DNA of 64,000 bases from an uncultured Fibrobacterota bacterium (GCA_964419255.1 CAYQOU010000006.1:1167-65166); one strand, 5' to 3'; positions 26,863 through 36,124 are shown, numbered from the stretch's first letter. Translations and numbers: made by a program. The notes: generated by a model not told the origin, from the sequence alone.

Positions 26863-27666
26863 CTATCCACCCTTCAAGCAAGCATTTAATGAGCCGGAAA
26901 CATAACCAATCGGATCAAAGGCTACATAGGCAAATCCTGCTTGTTTACATATTGAACTGATTCGGTCACGCATTCGCCAGGCCTCCTCCAGCCTTCGCGC
27001 CTCAATTTCAATCCGCGCACATTCTCCATGAACCCTCACCCGCACAGCATCGAAACCATGTCGGCGAATCCCCTGCTCGGCAACCTCCACTTTCCTTAAC
27101 ATTTCTTCTGTTATCCTGTTTCCGTATGGAATACGGGATCCGAGACAGGCGCCCGACGGTTTTTGTGCCGATGGTAACATGTAACGTTCAGAAAGCCGCC
27201 GAATTTCATCTTTAGTGAACCCCGCCTGAGAAAGTGGCGAAACAACTCCTGCCTCCTTCACCGCCTTCAAACCGGGCCGGTAGTCGGTCTGGTCATCCCG
27301 ATTACTGCCGTCGAAAAGCACATCACATGAGAGTTTTTTCGCCTCCTGCATGATCCGCAGCAGTATCACCTTCTTGCAATGGTAGCACCGATCAGGGGGG
27401 TTTTCCGCCACGGAAGACACTGCCAGTTCATCCAGCGGGATCAGATGATGCGAAAGCCCCAGTTGGGAAGCAAATGCAACCGCATCGCGCCGTTCCCAGT
27501 CAGGTGTCATGTGCAAAGATACCGTAAACAACTCAACTTTGCTCTCACCTAGTATGATTTTTGCCGCGGCTGCCAAAAGGGTACTGTCTACACCGCCGGA
27601 AAACGCTATAGCCACCTTATTGTAGGAACCGATAATCGCCCGAAGCTTTTTTTCCTTATCATTCAT
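26863..27666 (-). CDS. larE: LarE-like PP-loop ATP pyrophosphatase / sulfur transferase (TIGR00268-type), three-cysteine variant
   Basis: KVAIAFSGGVDSTLLAAAA (PP-loop), DRCYHCKK, DYRPGLKA, SGACLGSRIPYG, VRVRVHGECARIEI. Track start is 27747. ATG 27666 overlaps the thiF stop (ATGAATGA) and matches the N-termini of homologues. Confidence 0.8.
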   Translation of the reverse strand: MNDKEKKLRAIIGSYNKVAIAFSGGVDSTLLAAAAKIILGESKVELFTVSLHMTPDWERRDAVAFASQLGLSHHLIPLDELAVSSVAENPPDRCYHCKKVILLRIMQEAKKLSCDVLFDGSNRDDQTDYRPGLKAVKEAGVVSPLSQAGFTKDEIRRLSERYMLPSAQKPSGACLGSRIPYGNRITEEMLRKVEVAEQGIRRHGFDAVRVRVHGECARIEIEARRLEEAWRMRDRISSICKQAGFAYVAFDPIGYVSGSLNACLKGG

Positions 27667-28426
27667 TATCGTTTCCCTTTCCGCATGCCCGACAGGCAGG
27701 TCGTCGTCTGACAGGGACGCGTCGAAATTCCATGGCAACACCATCAAAGGTTAGGAGCGTATCAGTCAGCAGTCTTCCGAATTGTGCGATATGTTTGATA
27801 CACTCCGTTGCCTGAATGGTACCGATAGTTCCCGCTACAGCCCCCAAGATACCGATGGTGCTGCTCTGATGCACGGCATCTTCCGGTGGCGGTGCGGAAA
27901 AGATACATCTGTAGCAGGCCGATTGACCGGGAACCACCGTCATTGTCTGACCTCCCAGACGAATCACTCCTGCATGACTAAAGGGAATACCCTTTCTCAC
28001 GCAGGCATCGTTGATAAGAAATTTGCTGATAAAACTATCTGTTGCATCAATGACAAACTGGTAGCCCTCTAACACATTGTCAATAGAATGTTCATCAAGG
28101 TGTAATGTATGTTGATTAATTTTAATATGCGGATTGAATTCGGCCACTTTACTTTCGGCGGAAGCGGTTTTAAACTCGCCGATATCGTCCGTGAAATGAA
28201 TTATCTGTCGGTTCAGATTGGACATATCAACCCGGTCGTGATCGGCTATTCCAAGGGTTCCCACTCCGGCTGCAGCCAGGTACAAAATAGCCGGCGAACC
28301 GAGCCCGCCGGCCCCGACCACAAGAACCCGCCCCCGGGCAAGTCTTTTCTGTCCCTCGATTCCGATCTCCGGCACTTTTATGGTGCGGTCGTATCGGGTT
28401 TTCTGAGCATCGGACAGTTTCTTCAT
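27659..28426 (-). CDS. thiF: ThiF/MoeB/HesA-family E1-like adenylyltransferase
   Basis: RYDRTIKVPEIGIEGQKRL, VLVVGAGGLGSPAILYLAAAGVG, DMSNLNRQ, and Zn-site pairs CYRC and CRAC. 4-nt overlap with cysE. Confidence 0.85.
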   Translation of the reverse strand: MKKLSDAQKTRYDRTIKVPEIGIEGQKRLARGRVLVVGAGGLGSPAILYLAAAGVGTLGIADHDRVDMSNLNRQIIHFTDDIGEFKTASAESKVAEFNPHIKINQHTLHLDEHSIDNVLEGYQFVIDATDSFISKFLINDACVRKGIPFSHAGVIRLGGQTMTVVPGQSACYRCIFSAPPPEDAVHQSSTIGILGAVAGTIGTIQATECIKHIAQFGRLLTDTLLTFDGVAMEFRRVPVRRRPACRACGKGNDNE

Positions 28427-29346
28427 GAGCCGGCTTTCGATTTACGGCCGATAACGGCCCCAGGCTCCACCGAACTGGTGATCCAGGTGTTGGCACCGAT
28501 GATCGCCGCTTTACCGATAACGGTCTTTCCGCCAAGTATTGTAGCATTTGCATAGATGATCACATCATCCTCGATGTCCGGGTGACGCTTAACACCTCGG
28601 GCAGGACTCCCCTCCTTGTCGAAAGGGGATGTCGCCCCGAGAGTAACCCCCTGATACACCTTCACATTGCGCCCGATAGTACAGGTTTCTCCGATTACCA
28701 CTCCCGTTCCATGATCTATGAAAAAGCGCGGACCGATCGTAGCTCCCGGATGAATGTCGATACCGGTTCTGGAATGGGCACGTTCGGACATAATACGGGG
28801 GATAATCGGAACATCAAGACGGTAAAGCTTATGCGCTATGCGATGAGTGGCAATCGCCTCAACACACGGATAGCTGAGAACGATTTCATCCAAAGATGTA
28901 GCGGCCGGATCCCCATCATAGGCGGCTTTTATGTCCTCCAGCAAAACAGCACGAATAGCCGGAAGTGATTCGATAAACGCCATCAGAGACTCTTCGGCCT
29001 TGCTCTGGCAGGTGCAGTTATCACAATTTCTCTTCAGACACCGATACTTAAACGACTCCCGGATGTGTTTTCCCAGTTTGAAGCTGATGTGGCGAAGGAT
29101 ATCTCCCAGATAGAAATTCATATCCCCCAGCGCCACGCTTTCCCGACCGTAACAGCCGGGAAACAATGCCGCCAGAATATCATCTAGCACTGTGTATATC
29201 TCGTTTCGCCCCGCAAGATCGAGCCCTTCGTGTGAAGCGATGCTGAAATCCTCCAGAATACTTTTCTCCAGTTTTCCAACCACCTCCGGAAGTATTCTGT
29301 TAAACCACATATCAATGGGTTGCCTATTCTTTTCATTCATTGTCAT
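28423..29346 (-). CDS. cysE: Serine O-acetyltransferase (long N-terminal form)
   Basis: Left-handed beta-helix hexapeptide region: GIDIHPGATIGPRFFIDHGTGVVIGETCTIGRNVKVYQGVTLG...IEDDVIIYANATILG. Confidence 0.88.
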   Translation of the reverse strand: MTMNEKNRQPIDMWFNRILPEVVGKLEKSILEDFSIASHEGLDLAGRNEIYTVLDDILAALFPGCYGRESVALGDMNFYLGDILRHISFKLGKHIRESFKYRCLKRNCDNCTCQSKAEESLMAFIESLPAIRAVLLEDIKAAYDGDPAATSLDEIVLSYPCVEAIATHRIAHKLYRLDVPIIPRIMSERAHSRTGIDIHPGATIGPRFFIDHGTGVVIGETCTIGRNVKVYQGVTLGATSPFDKEGSPARGVKRHPDIEDDVIIYANATILGGKTVIGKAAIIGANTWITSSVEPGAVIGRKSKAGS

Positions 29347-29389
29347 TCCCCGTTAATGCTCAGGTGCACTGTTGACAAATATGATGCAC

Positions 29390-30283
29390 TTAGTAGGTCG
29401 TGGACTCGTGTATCTGCCTGATCCACTCCTGAAACAGTGCGGTGCGGTGTCCCCGCCAGCGGTTTACCGGCTCGGTCATATCGAAATTGTCCGGCTCTGC
29501 CGCCTTGTTTCCATACACCTCCTTGTCATGCGTATACTGCTCGACCAGAGTTGACGCCTCATATTCTGGATTACCAAAATGCATAAGAAACCGCTGATCC
29601 GCCGTTTCCGCCATCACATAACCTACCCCGGGTGCATACGCGAGAAGATTAAGCGCCCCCTTCTCACGCTCAAGCTCCAGCATTTCGTCGGCCACCCCTG
29701 AGTGACGTGACTGAGGACACCAGAACGTATCATCCATCGCCCCCATGATATGGTGATCATCAACCAGATTATCTGTTTCGTACACACCGAAAAGCTTCTT
29801 TTTGTAATCTTCCCGGGGAATACCAAGAAAAGCCGCTATACCCAGCGCTCCCCAGCATATCCCAAGAGTGGCGGGTATATGTTTGCGCGCATAGTCCAGT
29901 ATGCGACATATCTCCTGCCAGTAGTCAAGTCTCTCAAACGGCACCCCAACCACAGGTGATCCTGTCAATAGTAACCCATCCAACCCGGCGGATTCTATCG
30001 CCTTGTCAAATACCACATAGTCACTTTCCAGATGGTCGATATCCTTTTTCTTATAAACACGATTTTCCAGCTTGATCCATACCGGCTCTATCTGCATGAC
30101 TGAATGGCCCATCGGATGAAGAATACTGCTTTCGTATTCCTCCTGCTGGGAGAAAATGTTAAGTATTCCGATCCGCAAGGCCCGTATGTCCGCATGCCGG
30201 GCCTCCTCCTGCGTAAGAAATGGTATACGTCGCTGCTTAAAGGCGGTCTCGGTCTGATCTCTTTTGGGTAAAACAATTGTCAT
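29390..30283 (-). CDS. metA: Homoserine O-acyltransferase, MetA family (copy 1)
   Basis: IRALRIGILNI, LLLTGSPV, catalytic Cys in TLGICWGALG, then PQSRHSG and FGNPEY. Track start is 30313; ATG 30283 (MTIVLPK) parallels the paralogue's MTVVLPQ. Confidence 0.85.
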   Translation of the reverse strand: MTIVLPKRDQTETAFKQRRIPFLTQEEARHADIRALRIGILNIFSQQEEYESSILHPMGHSVMQIEPVWIKLENRVYKKKDIDHLESDYVVFDKAIESAGLDGLLLTGSPVVGVPFERLDYWQEICRILDYARKHIPATLGICWGALGIAAFLGIPREDYKKKLFGVYETDNLVDDHHIMGAMDDTFWCPQSRHSGVADEMLELEREKGALNLLAYAPGVGYVMAETADQRFLMHFGNPEYEASTLVEQYTHDKEVYGNKAAEPDNFDMTEPVNRWRGHRTALFQEWIRQIHESTTY

Positions 30284-30511
30284 AGTCTGTTCCTGCTCAA
30301 AAAAACAATCCAAACCAACAGTGAGCGATTCTCTCGCGGCTTTTCTCTCAATCCTTGAGGTATAAGGGCATGATCACATCGCACAACAACCACAAATCGC
30401 ATCTCACGAGTGCACGACAGCTACAATAATTCTGTCCAAAGGGATTGCACGATTCATCAGCTTAATACCGTTTAATTCGGGTGTATCCCCCATAACATTA
30501 CAACTAGAGCA

Positions 30512-30535
30512 GGAGACGCGAACAGTCGCGCCTCC
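30512..30535 (-). other. Stable intercistronic hairpin between metY and metA (no U-tract)
   Basis: Minus strand GGAGGCGCGA-CTGT-TCGCGTCTCC forms a 10-bp stem (one G.U pair), ~25 nt after the metY stop. It is followed by ~230 nt of untranslated spacer. Confidence 0.6.
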
Positions 30536-30558
30536 CGGACACTTCACTGAAAATACAA

Positions 30559-31842
30559 TTATGCACTCTTGAGTGCCTGCTCCAGATCCTCCAGAAGATC
30601 ATCCACATGCTCAATTCCCACTGAAAGGCGAACCAGGTCGGGAGTCAAGCCTGCCTCCTTTGCCTGCTGCCTGGTCAGCTGGGAATGGGTGGTGCTCTGC
30701 GGATGAATCGCCAGACTCCTGGCGTCCCCCACATTCGCCAGATGGGAAAAAAGCCTTAGAGCCTCGATGAACTTCACCCCCGAATCATGCCCCCCTTTAA
30801 GCCCGAAAACCACCACGCCCCCGAAACCGTTTTCAAGCTGCTTGGAGGCTGTCTGATGGGAGGGATCATCCTCAAGCCCCGGGTATCGTATCCAGCTTAC
30901 CTTAGGATGATCGGCAAGGTATCGGGCTACCGCCAGCGCGTTGTCGCAATGCTTCTGCATGCGAAGGGGCAGGGTCTCGATACCCTGGAGAAACATCCAG
31001 GCGTTATCGGGACTTATGCACGCCCCGAGATTACGCAACGGCACAAGCCTCATCCGAAGAATATAGGCTAGCGAAGCCAGCTCCCCGAGGTCATGTCCGA
31101 ATCGCAGATCGTGATAGGAGGACTCCGGATCGTTATAAAGACTGAATTTCCGGTCTGTCCAGTCAAACTTTCCGCTGTCGACAACGATTCCGCCGATTCC
31201 CGTACCGTGGCCACCCAGCCACTTCGTCAACGAATGCACCACGATATCCGCACCATGATCAAGCGGCCGGAAAAGATACGGCGTGGTGAATGTCGAGTCG
31301 ACGATCAGCGGTAGATGATGCCTTCGGGCGACGGCCGAAATCGCCTCGATATGCGCCACATCAAGCACGGGATTGCCGATCACCTCGGTATACAGAGCAC
31401 GGGTCCTGTCGGTAATAGCCTCTTCGAAATTGTGCGGAGCCGCAGGATCGACAAAAGTCGTTTTAATCCCAAAGCCGGGAAGAATATCGTTAAGCATGGT
31501 AAAGGAGCCGCCATACAGATTGCGAGCCGATACAACCTCGTCACCCTGTTTGCAGATGTTTACAATGCTGTAGAATACCCCCGATGTCCCGGAGGCCACC
31601 GCCAATGCCGCCGCGCCGTTTTCGAGGGTAGCCATGCGCTGCTCCAGCACGTCTTGTGTCGGATTTTGCAGTCGGGTATAGATATTGCCCAGCTCCTTGA
31701 GACCAAAGAGATTGGCCGCGTGTTCGGCACTTTTGAACAGATACGAGCTTGTCCGGTGAACCGGAACGGCTCTGGCACCGGTTTCATCGACGCGTGCTCC
31801 TGCATGAAGCACCTGCGTTTCCAGCCTGTGTTGTTTACCCAT
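30559..31842 (-). CDS. metY: O-acetylhomoserine sulfhydrylase (aminocarboxypropyltransferase), PLP-dependent
   Basis: 427 aa: TQVLHAG, YTRLQNPT, and PLP-lysine motif VHSLTKWLGGHGTGIGG. Confidence 0.9.
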   Translation of the reverse strand: MGKQHRLETQVLHAGARVDETGARAVPVHRTSSYLFKSAEHAANLFGLKELGNIYTRLQNPTQDVLEQRMATLENGAAALAVASGTSGVFYSIVNICKQGDEVVSARNLYGGSFTMLNDILPGFGIKTTFVDPAAPHNFEEAITDRTRALYTEVIGNPVLDVAHIEAISAVARRHHLPLIVDSTFTTPYLFRPLDHGADIVVHSLTKWLGGHGTGIGGIVVDSGKFDWTDRKFSLYNDPESSYHDLRFGHDLGELASLAYILRMRLVPLRNLGACISPDNAWMFLQGIETLPLRMQKHCDNALAVARYLADHPKVSWIRYPGLEDDPSHQTASKQLENGFGGVVVFGLKGGHDSGVKFIEALRLFSHLANVGDARSLAIHPQSTTHSQLTRQQAKEAGLTPDLVRLSVGIEHVDDLLEDLEQALKSA

Positions 31843-31918
31843 TATATAGCTCCCTTCGGAGAAAATGACGCATTTCCATTATTATTTCGGCGATTTTATC
31901 TCTTCATGTCGTTTACTC

Positions 31919-32851
31919 TCACACCCCGGTATCCTCGAATACCCAGGTAGACAGGTAGCGCTCACCGGTATCGCAGAGGATCGTCACGATCAGCTTGCCC
32001 CTATTTTGGGGCCGTTTTGCCAGATTGTATGCGGCTAAGACATTGGCACCCGCCGATATTCCCACGAAAATACCCTCCTTCTGTGCAAGCCTCCTGGTCA
32101 TCTTACCGGCATCCTCGGAAGAAACCTGCACCACCTCATCGAAGACCTCTTTATTGACCACCTCGGGAATAAAGCCCGCACCGATACCTTGTATCTTATG
32201 CGAACCGGGATTTCCGCCGGAAAGCACAGGGGAGGTGTCCGGCTCGACCGCAACCACCTTGACGTCAGCTTTACGCTGCTTGAGTAATTCACCGCAGCCG
32301 CTTATGGTACCACCGGTTCCCACGCCCGCCACGAATATATCCACGCCGCCGTCGGTGTCGACCCATATCTCCTCGGCAGTGGTCCGACGATGGACATCCG
32401 GATTAGCCGGGTTTTTGAATTGCTGAGGCATAAAACTTCCCGGATTCTGCGCCTCTATCTCCTCGGCTTTTTCCACCGCCCCTTTCATGCCCTTGTCTCC
32501 CGGGGTCAGCACAAGCTGCGCCCCCAGCGCCTTTAAGAGCTTTCGGCGCTCCATACTCATGGACTCCGGCATTGTCAGGATAAGCTTGTAGCCGCGGGAT
32601 GCCGCCACAAAGGCCAGGCCGATACCGGTGTTTCCACTTGTCGGCTCGACAATCAGCCCCCCCGGCTTAAGCCGGCCGGAGCTTTCCGCCTCGTTTATCA
32701 TAGCAAGCGCGATTCGATCTTTGACACTTGACATCGGGTTCATATTTTCCAGTTTGCCGACTATTGTAGCTCCGGTCTCTTCGGAAAGAGAACGGAGCTC
32801 TACTAAAGGAGTTTTTCCAATCAGATCGGTTATGTTCCGGGCTATATTCAT
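31919..32851 (-). CDS. cysK: Cysteine synthase (O-acetylserine sulfhydrylase)
   Basis: MNIARNITDLIGKTPLVEL, PLP lysine in MNPMSSVKDRIA, PTSGNTGIGLA, and GVGTGGTISG. Track start is 32962; ATG 32851 follows GAGGAGGAGAAGGAAT. Confidence 0.9.
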   Translation of the reverse strand: MNIARNITDLIGKTPLVELRSLSEETGATIVGKLENMNPMSSVKDRIALAMINEAESSGRLKPGGLIVEPTSGNTGIGLAFVAASRGYKLILTMPESMSMERRKLLKALGAQLVLTPGDKGMKGAVEKAEEIEAQNPGSFMPQQFKNPANPDVHRRTTAEEIWVDTDGGVDIFVAGVGTGGTISGCGELLKQRKADVKVVAVEPDTSPVLSGGNPGSHKIQGIGAGFIPEVVNKEVFDEVVQVSSEDAGKMTRRLAQKEGIFVGISAGANVLAAYNLAKRPQNRGKLIVTILCDTGERYLSTWVFEDTGV

Positions 32852-33060
32852 ATTCCTTCTCCTCCTCGGTTTAAGATTCGATAGCCGGCATCCCCTCCTT
32901 ACTGCCCCGCACTCCCGTCCCGCTATAGCAGGACGGAACGGAAAGACAGAGAGGAAAAGCACCAGGCACAGATTGGTGTCTGAATGTTTCAGAGCATTTA
33001 CTCCCCTGGTATCTGAGAGACCCTATTGAGACCTTCAGACCCTGTCGGATCAGCTGCTGA

Positions 33061-33495
33061 TCATATTACATAGTCGATCTCAGGCACACGGTTTCTCTTA
33101 TCCATCAAATCCCGGAGAGTTGTATTGCGGAGGACTTCCTCCTCGGCCTCCTGGACTCTCCTCCAGACATCCCTGGTGACACAGGTATCGATTTTTGAAC
33201 AGCTGTCGGGTTTATCCAGACAATCCACCAGTGAAAGTGACCCTTCAAGAGCCGTGACAATATCAAAAAGAGTGATCCTCTCGGGTAACCGTGCCAATAT
33301 ATACCCCCCCTTTGCTCCCCTGACAGTCTCGATGATACCCGCGGTCTTCAGGGTAATGAGGATATTTTCCAGATAGGAATCTGAAAGCCCCTGAATCGCC
33401 GCAATATCTTTTCTCTTCGCCGGCGTATCACCGAAATGCAACGCGATCTCCACAAGCGCGCGTGCTCCGTAGCGACATTTTGTTGATAGTTTCAT
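33061..33495 (-). CDS. Rrf2-family transcriptional regulator (IscR/CymR-like) with a three-Cys cluster-ligand motif
   Basis: MKLSTKCRYGARALVEIA..., a wHTH region, and C-x6-C-x5-C (VDCLDKPDSCSKIDTCV). Confidence 0.85.
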   Translation of the reverse strand: MKLSTKCRYGARALVEIALHFGDTPAKRKDIAAIQGLSDSYLENILITLKTAGIIETVRGAKGGYILARLPERITLFDIVTALEGSLSLVDCLDKPDSCSKIDTCVTRDVWRRVQEAEEEVLRNTTLRDLMDKRNRVPEIDYVI

Positions 33496-34007
33496 AGCCT
33501 TACACCCGAATGTTAAGTTTGTTCACTAACTTTATTAACAATATGTATTATTTCGTCTGTGGTGTCAATTTGTTTTTAAAAAAGCCATTTTTTTCCGGAA
33601 AAACAGGTGGTCATGAGAGTGAGAGCCTAATAAGCAAAGCGCCGTCCGATATCCGAGAGTACATGCATTTGCATACCATGCCTTGCGCAGCAGTTAGCAT
33701 TAATTCGGCCAGAAAAAAGCTTCTGGTTTATGAAGGGAAAAAGAATCAAATCTTAGTTATTCGATCTCTCGCACCGATCCGCACATTTAGATTCTAAATC
33801 TGACCCCTCCTCCATATCCTGCCGTTGAGGCGGTACGACAGGAGGAGATGCAGGCTTTTTATCGTATGATTTATCTATCTTTGTCTTATTGTTTTTCGAG
33901 TAACCGCGAATCCGAACACCGAGAAATCGATTTCGACTCTACCGGATCAGGTTAAACGTGAAGCTCATGAGTGCGGTATTGGACAGAAAGTTTGCTGTAT
34001 TTGCGGT

Positions 34008-35120
34008 TCATCCACCGCTAAGCATGGCGTGCCAGTCGTGGAGCACCGGCTGAAACCCCCGCTTGAGCAGGTCCTGTTTCATCTCATCGACACTTCGTCG
34101 GTCTGCGATCTCAAACTGAGTGGTGGATGGATCATCACTGTGGGTTCCCACCGCGGTGGATACCCCCGCCGACATCCTGGTTACTCCTAGAGGAAGAACC
34201 CCATCGCGGAACTTTCCGGATTCTCGGGTGGATACGGTGATGCCCATATGGGGGAAAAGCAATCGAAATGCGGTGATTATCTGCACGAGCTGATGCTCGG
34301 AGACGGGGCTGGCCGGCTCGAAAGATCCTGCCTGAGGACGAATCCTCGGAAAGGACATCGAAAACTCTACCTCCGGGTAGGTTTGCTGCAGGTAATGCAT
34401 GTGAGCCGCCGTACAAAGACACTCCATTCTCCAGTCATACAAGCCAAGAAGGGGGCCTATGGCCACCGTGCGCATACCGGCTCGGCAGGCCCTCTCGGGA
34501 GCATCGAGGCGAAACGGGTAATTCTCCTTGGGCCCTCCCCTGTGCAGTCGGCGGTAGACCTGCTCGTTGTAGACCTCCTGGTAGATGGTCAGTCCATCTA
34601 CTCCCATAGAGACAAGTTCCGCATACTCTTCTTGTCTGAGAGGATAGACCTCGATCGAGACGGTGGAGAAGTAGCCCTTTATAACCGACAGCGCCTCGGC
34701 AAGTTTACCGAAGGGCATAACTTTACGGCTCTCCCCTGTCAGCACCAGTATGTGGCGCAGCCCCGTCTGCTTTATTCTTTCACACTCTCTGCGGATCTCA
34801 TCGATACTCAGATGTTTTCTTTTTATCTTATGCTGGCGAGCAAAAGAACAGTAGGGGCAGCAGTTTTCGCAGATATTCGATATGTAAAGAGGCGTGAAAA
34901 GAAAAATAACATTGCCGAAATGATTCCGTGTCAGCAGGGCAGCCTTCTGCGCCATCGGCTCAAGCCACGCCTCTGCTCCGGGAGCCAGAAGAGTCGGCAG
35001 ATCATCAAGGGTAAAATGCTCTTTTGCCAACACCCGCCGTATCCGGTTCCCATCTACGGGAGTGGTTATTTTTTCTCTATCTATGCTGCCCGCGCGCTTT
35101 ATCTGTTCGTAAAGAGTCAT
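34008..35120 (-). CDS. thiH: 2-iminoacetate synthase ThiH (radical SAM tyrosine lyase)
   Basis: 370 aa: CENCCPYCSF (C-x3-C-x2-C), VLTGES, and a ThiH/HydG-like C-terminus. Confidence 0.85.
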   Translation of the reverse strand: MTLYEQIKRAGSIDREKITTPVDGNRIRRVLAKEHFTLDDLPTLLAPGAEAWLEPMAQKAALLTRNHFGNVIFLFTPLYISNICENCCPYCSFARQHKIKRKHLSIDEIRRECERIKQTGLRHILVLTGESRKVMPFGKLAEALSVIKGYFSTVSIEVYPLRQEEYAELVSMGVDGLTIYQEVYNEQVYRRLHRGGPKENYPFRLDAPERACRAGMRTVAIGPLLGLYDWRMECLCTAAHMHYLQQTYPEVEFSMSFPRIRPQAGSFEPASPVSEHQLVQIITAFRLLFPHMGITVSTRESGKFRDGVLPLGVTRMSAGVSTAVGTHSDDPSTTQFEIADRRSVDEMKQDLLKRGFQPVLHDWHAMLSGG

Positions 35121-35129
35121 GACAAAAAC

Positions 35130-35912
35130 CTATTGAAGAAAACCGGTCAGCGGCGAGGATGCTCGGGCGGTGAAGGATGTCTGAGCAAGTCCGGCCCTGT
35201 ATGCCAGGCGCCCCGCAGCAACCGCATGTTTAAACGCCCGAGCCATCGTCACCGGATCGTCGGCGGTGGCTATCGCGGTGTTGAGAAGCACCGCAGCGGC
35301 ACCCATCTCCATTGCTTGTGCGGCATGAGAGGGCCGTCCGATCCCTGCATCCACGATCACCGGTATCGATATCTCCTCGACCAGAATGCGAATCATATCC
35401 CGGGTCTGCAACCCCTTATTCGATCCGATTGGCGCCCCCAACGGCATAACCGCAGCCGCTCCGGCATCGACCAGTCGGCGCGCAGTGGGCAAATCCGGAC
35501 ACATGTATGGAAGAACCACAAAGCCTTCTTTGGCAAGCGTTTCTGTGGCCCGCACAGTCTGTTCGTTGTCAGGAAGCAGATATTTCTGGTCGTTTATAAC
35601 CTCAATCTTAATCCAGTCGCCGCAGCCAGCGGCCTTTGCCAGGCGGGCGATTCTCACCGCCTCCTCGGCCGTGCGGGCGCCGGAAGTGTTGGGCAGAAGT
35701 GTCTTTCCTTCAGGAATATGGCTGAGGATATTGTCCCCGACATTTTCCAGGTCTACCCGGCGAAGCGCGATAGTTATCACATCACACTCCGCGGCAGCCA
35801 AAACATCCTTTATGATTCGATCGTCTCTGTATTTACCCGAGCCGGTGATCAGCCGTGAGCGGATTTCGGTTCCACCAATAACCAGTAAATCGTCGTGTAT
35901 ATCGTTCATCAT
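35130..35912 (-). CDS. thiG: Thiazole synthase ThiG
   Basis: [34 protein letters not shown], and [13 protein letters not shown]. 4-nt overlap with the thiS stop. Confidence 0.92.
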   Translation of the reverse strand: MMNDIHDDLLVIGGTEIRSRLITGSGKYRDDRIIKDVLAAAECDVITIALRRVDLENVGDNILSHIPEGKTLLPNTSGARTAEEAVRIARLAKAAGCGDWIKIEVINDQKYLLPDNEQTVRATETLAKEGFVVLPYMCPDLPTARRLVDAGAAAVMPLGAPIGSNKGLQTRDMIRILVEEISIPVIVDAGIGRPSHAAQAMEMGAAAVLLNTAIATADDPVTMARAFKHAVAAGRLAYRAGLAQTSFTARASSPLTGFLQ

Positions 35913-36124
35913 CCCCCACCAACAAACTGTAAAATCTCAACCGAATCCCCCTGCGCAAGCAGTGTGGACCGGTACTTTGCCTTATCGAGTATTTCTCTGT
36001 TCATCTCAACCACCACCGCATCGGGATTCATATTCTTCTGCAACAGGTAGGCATGCACATCCATTGCAGCGGTAAGAGTTTCGGCTTTTCCGTTGACCGT
36101 CAGAGAAATTGCTTCGTTTCCCAT
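35909..36124 (-). CDS. thiS: Sulfur-carrier protein ThiS
   Basis: From ATG 36124: [15 protein letters not shown]...[13 protein letters not shown], 71 aa with a beta-grasp pattern and a C-terminal Gly-Gly. Track start 36211 would overlap the end of the metA paralogue. Confidence 0.8.
   Translation of the reverse strand: MGNEAISLTVNGKAETLTAAMDVHAYLLQKNMNPDAVVVEMNREILDKAKYRSTLLAQGDSVEILQFVGGG

Noticed and set aside
31315-31950. Long antisense ORFs of 199-229 aa. Examples: 31315..31950, 35386..36075, 8283..8936, 5503..6132, 55002..55691, 51048..51668 and 57923..58522.
   Set aside because: Each is fully embedded opposite a gene with strong family motifs (metY, thiG, NRPS, pabBC, a kinase, gcvPA, DUF1189). 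All have low-complexity, motif-free translations.
32961-33010. Nested hairpin (ACCAGG...TCTGAA-tgt-TTCAGA...CCTGGT) in the 210-nt Rrf2-cysK spacer, as a possible riboswitch.
   Set aside because: It is too short and simple, and it matches no class I know. It is more likely an attenuator or terminator after the regulator gene. Not promoted to a finding.
34248-35858. A 536-aa plus-strand ORF, the third-longest in this part of the track.
   Set aside because: It lies antisense across well-supported thiH and thiG. Its translation is Arg/Ser/Gly/His-rich with no motif. This is a typical shadow frame of the opposite-strand genes.
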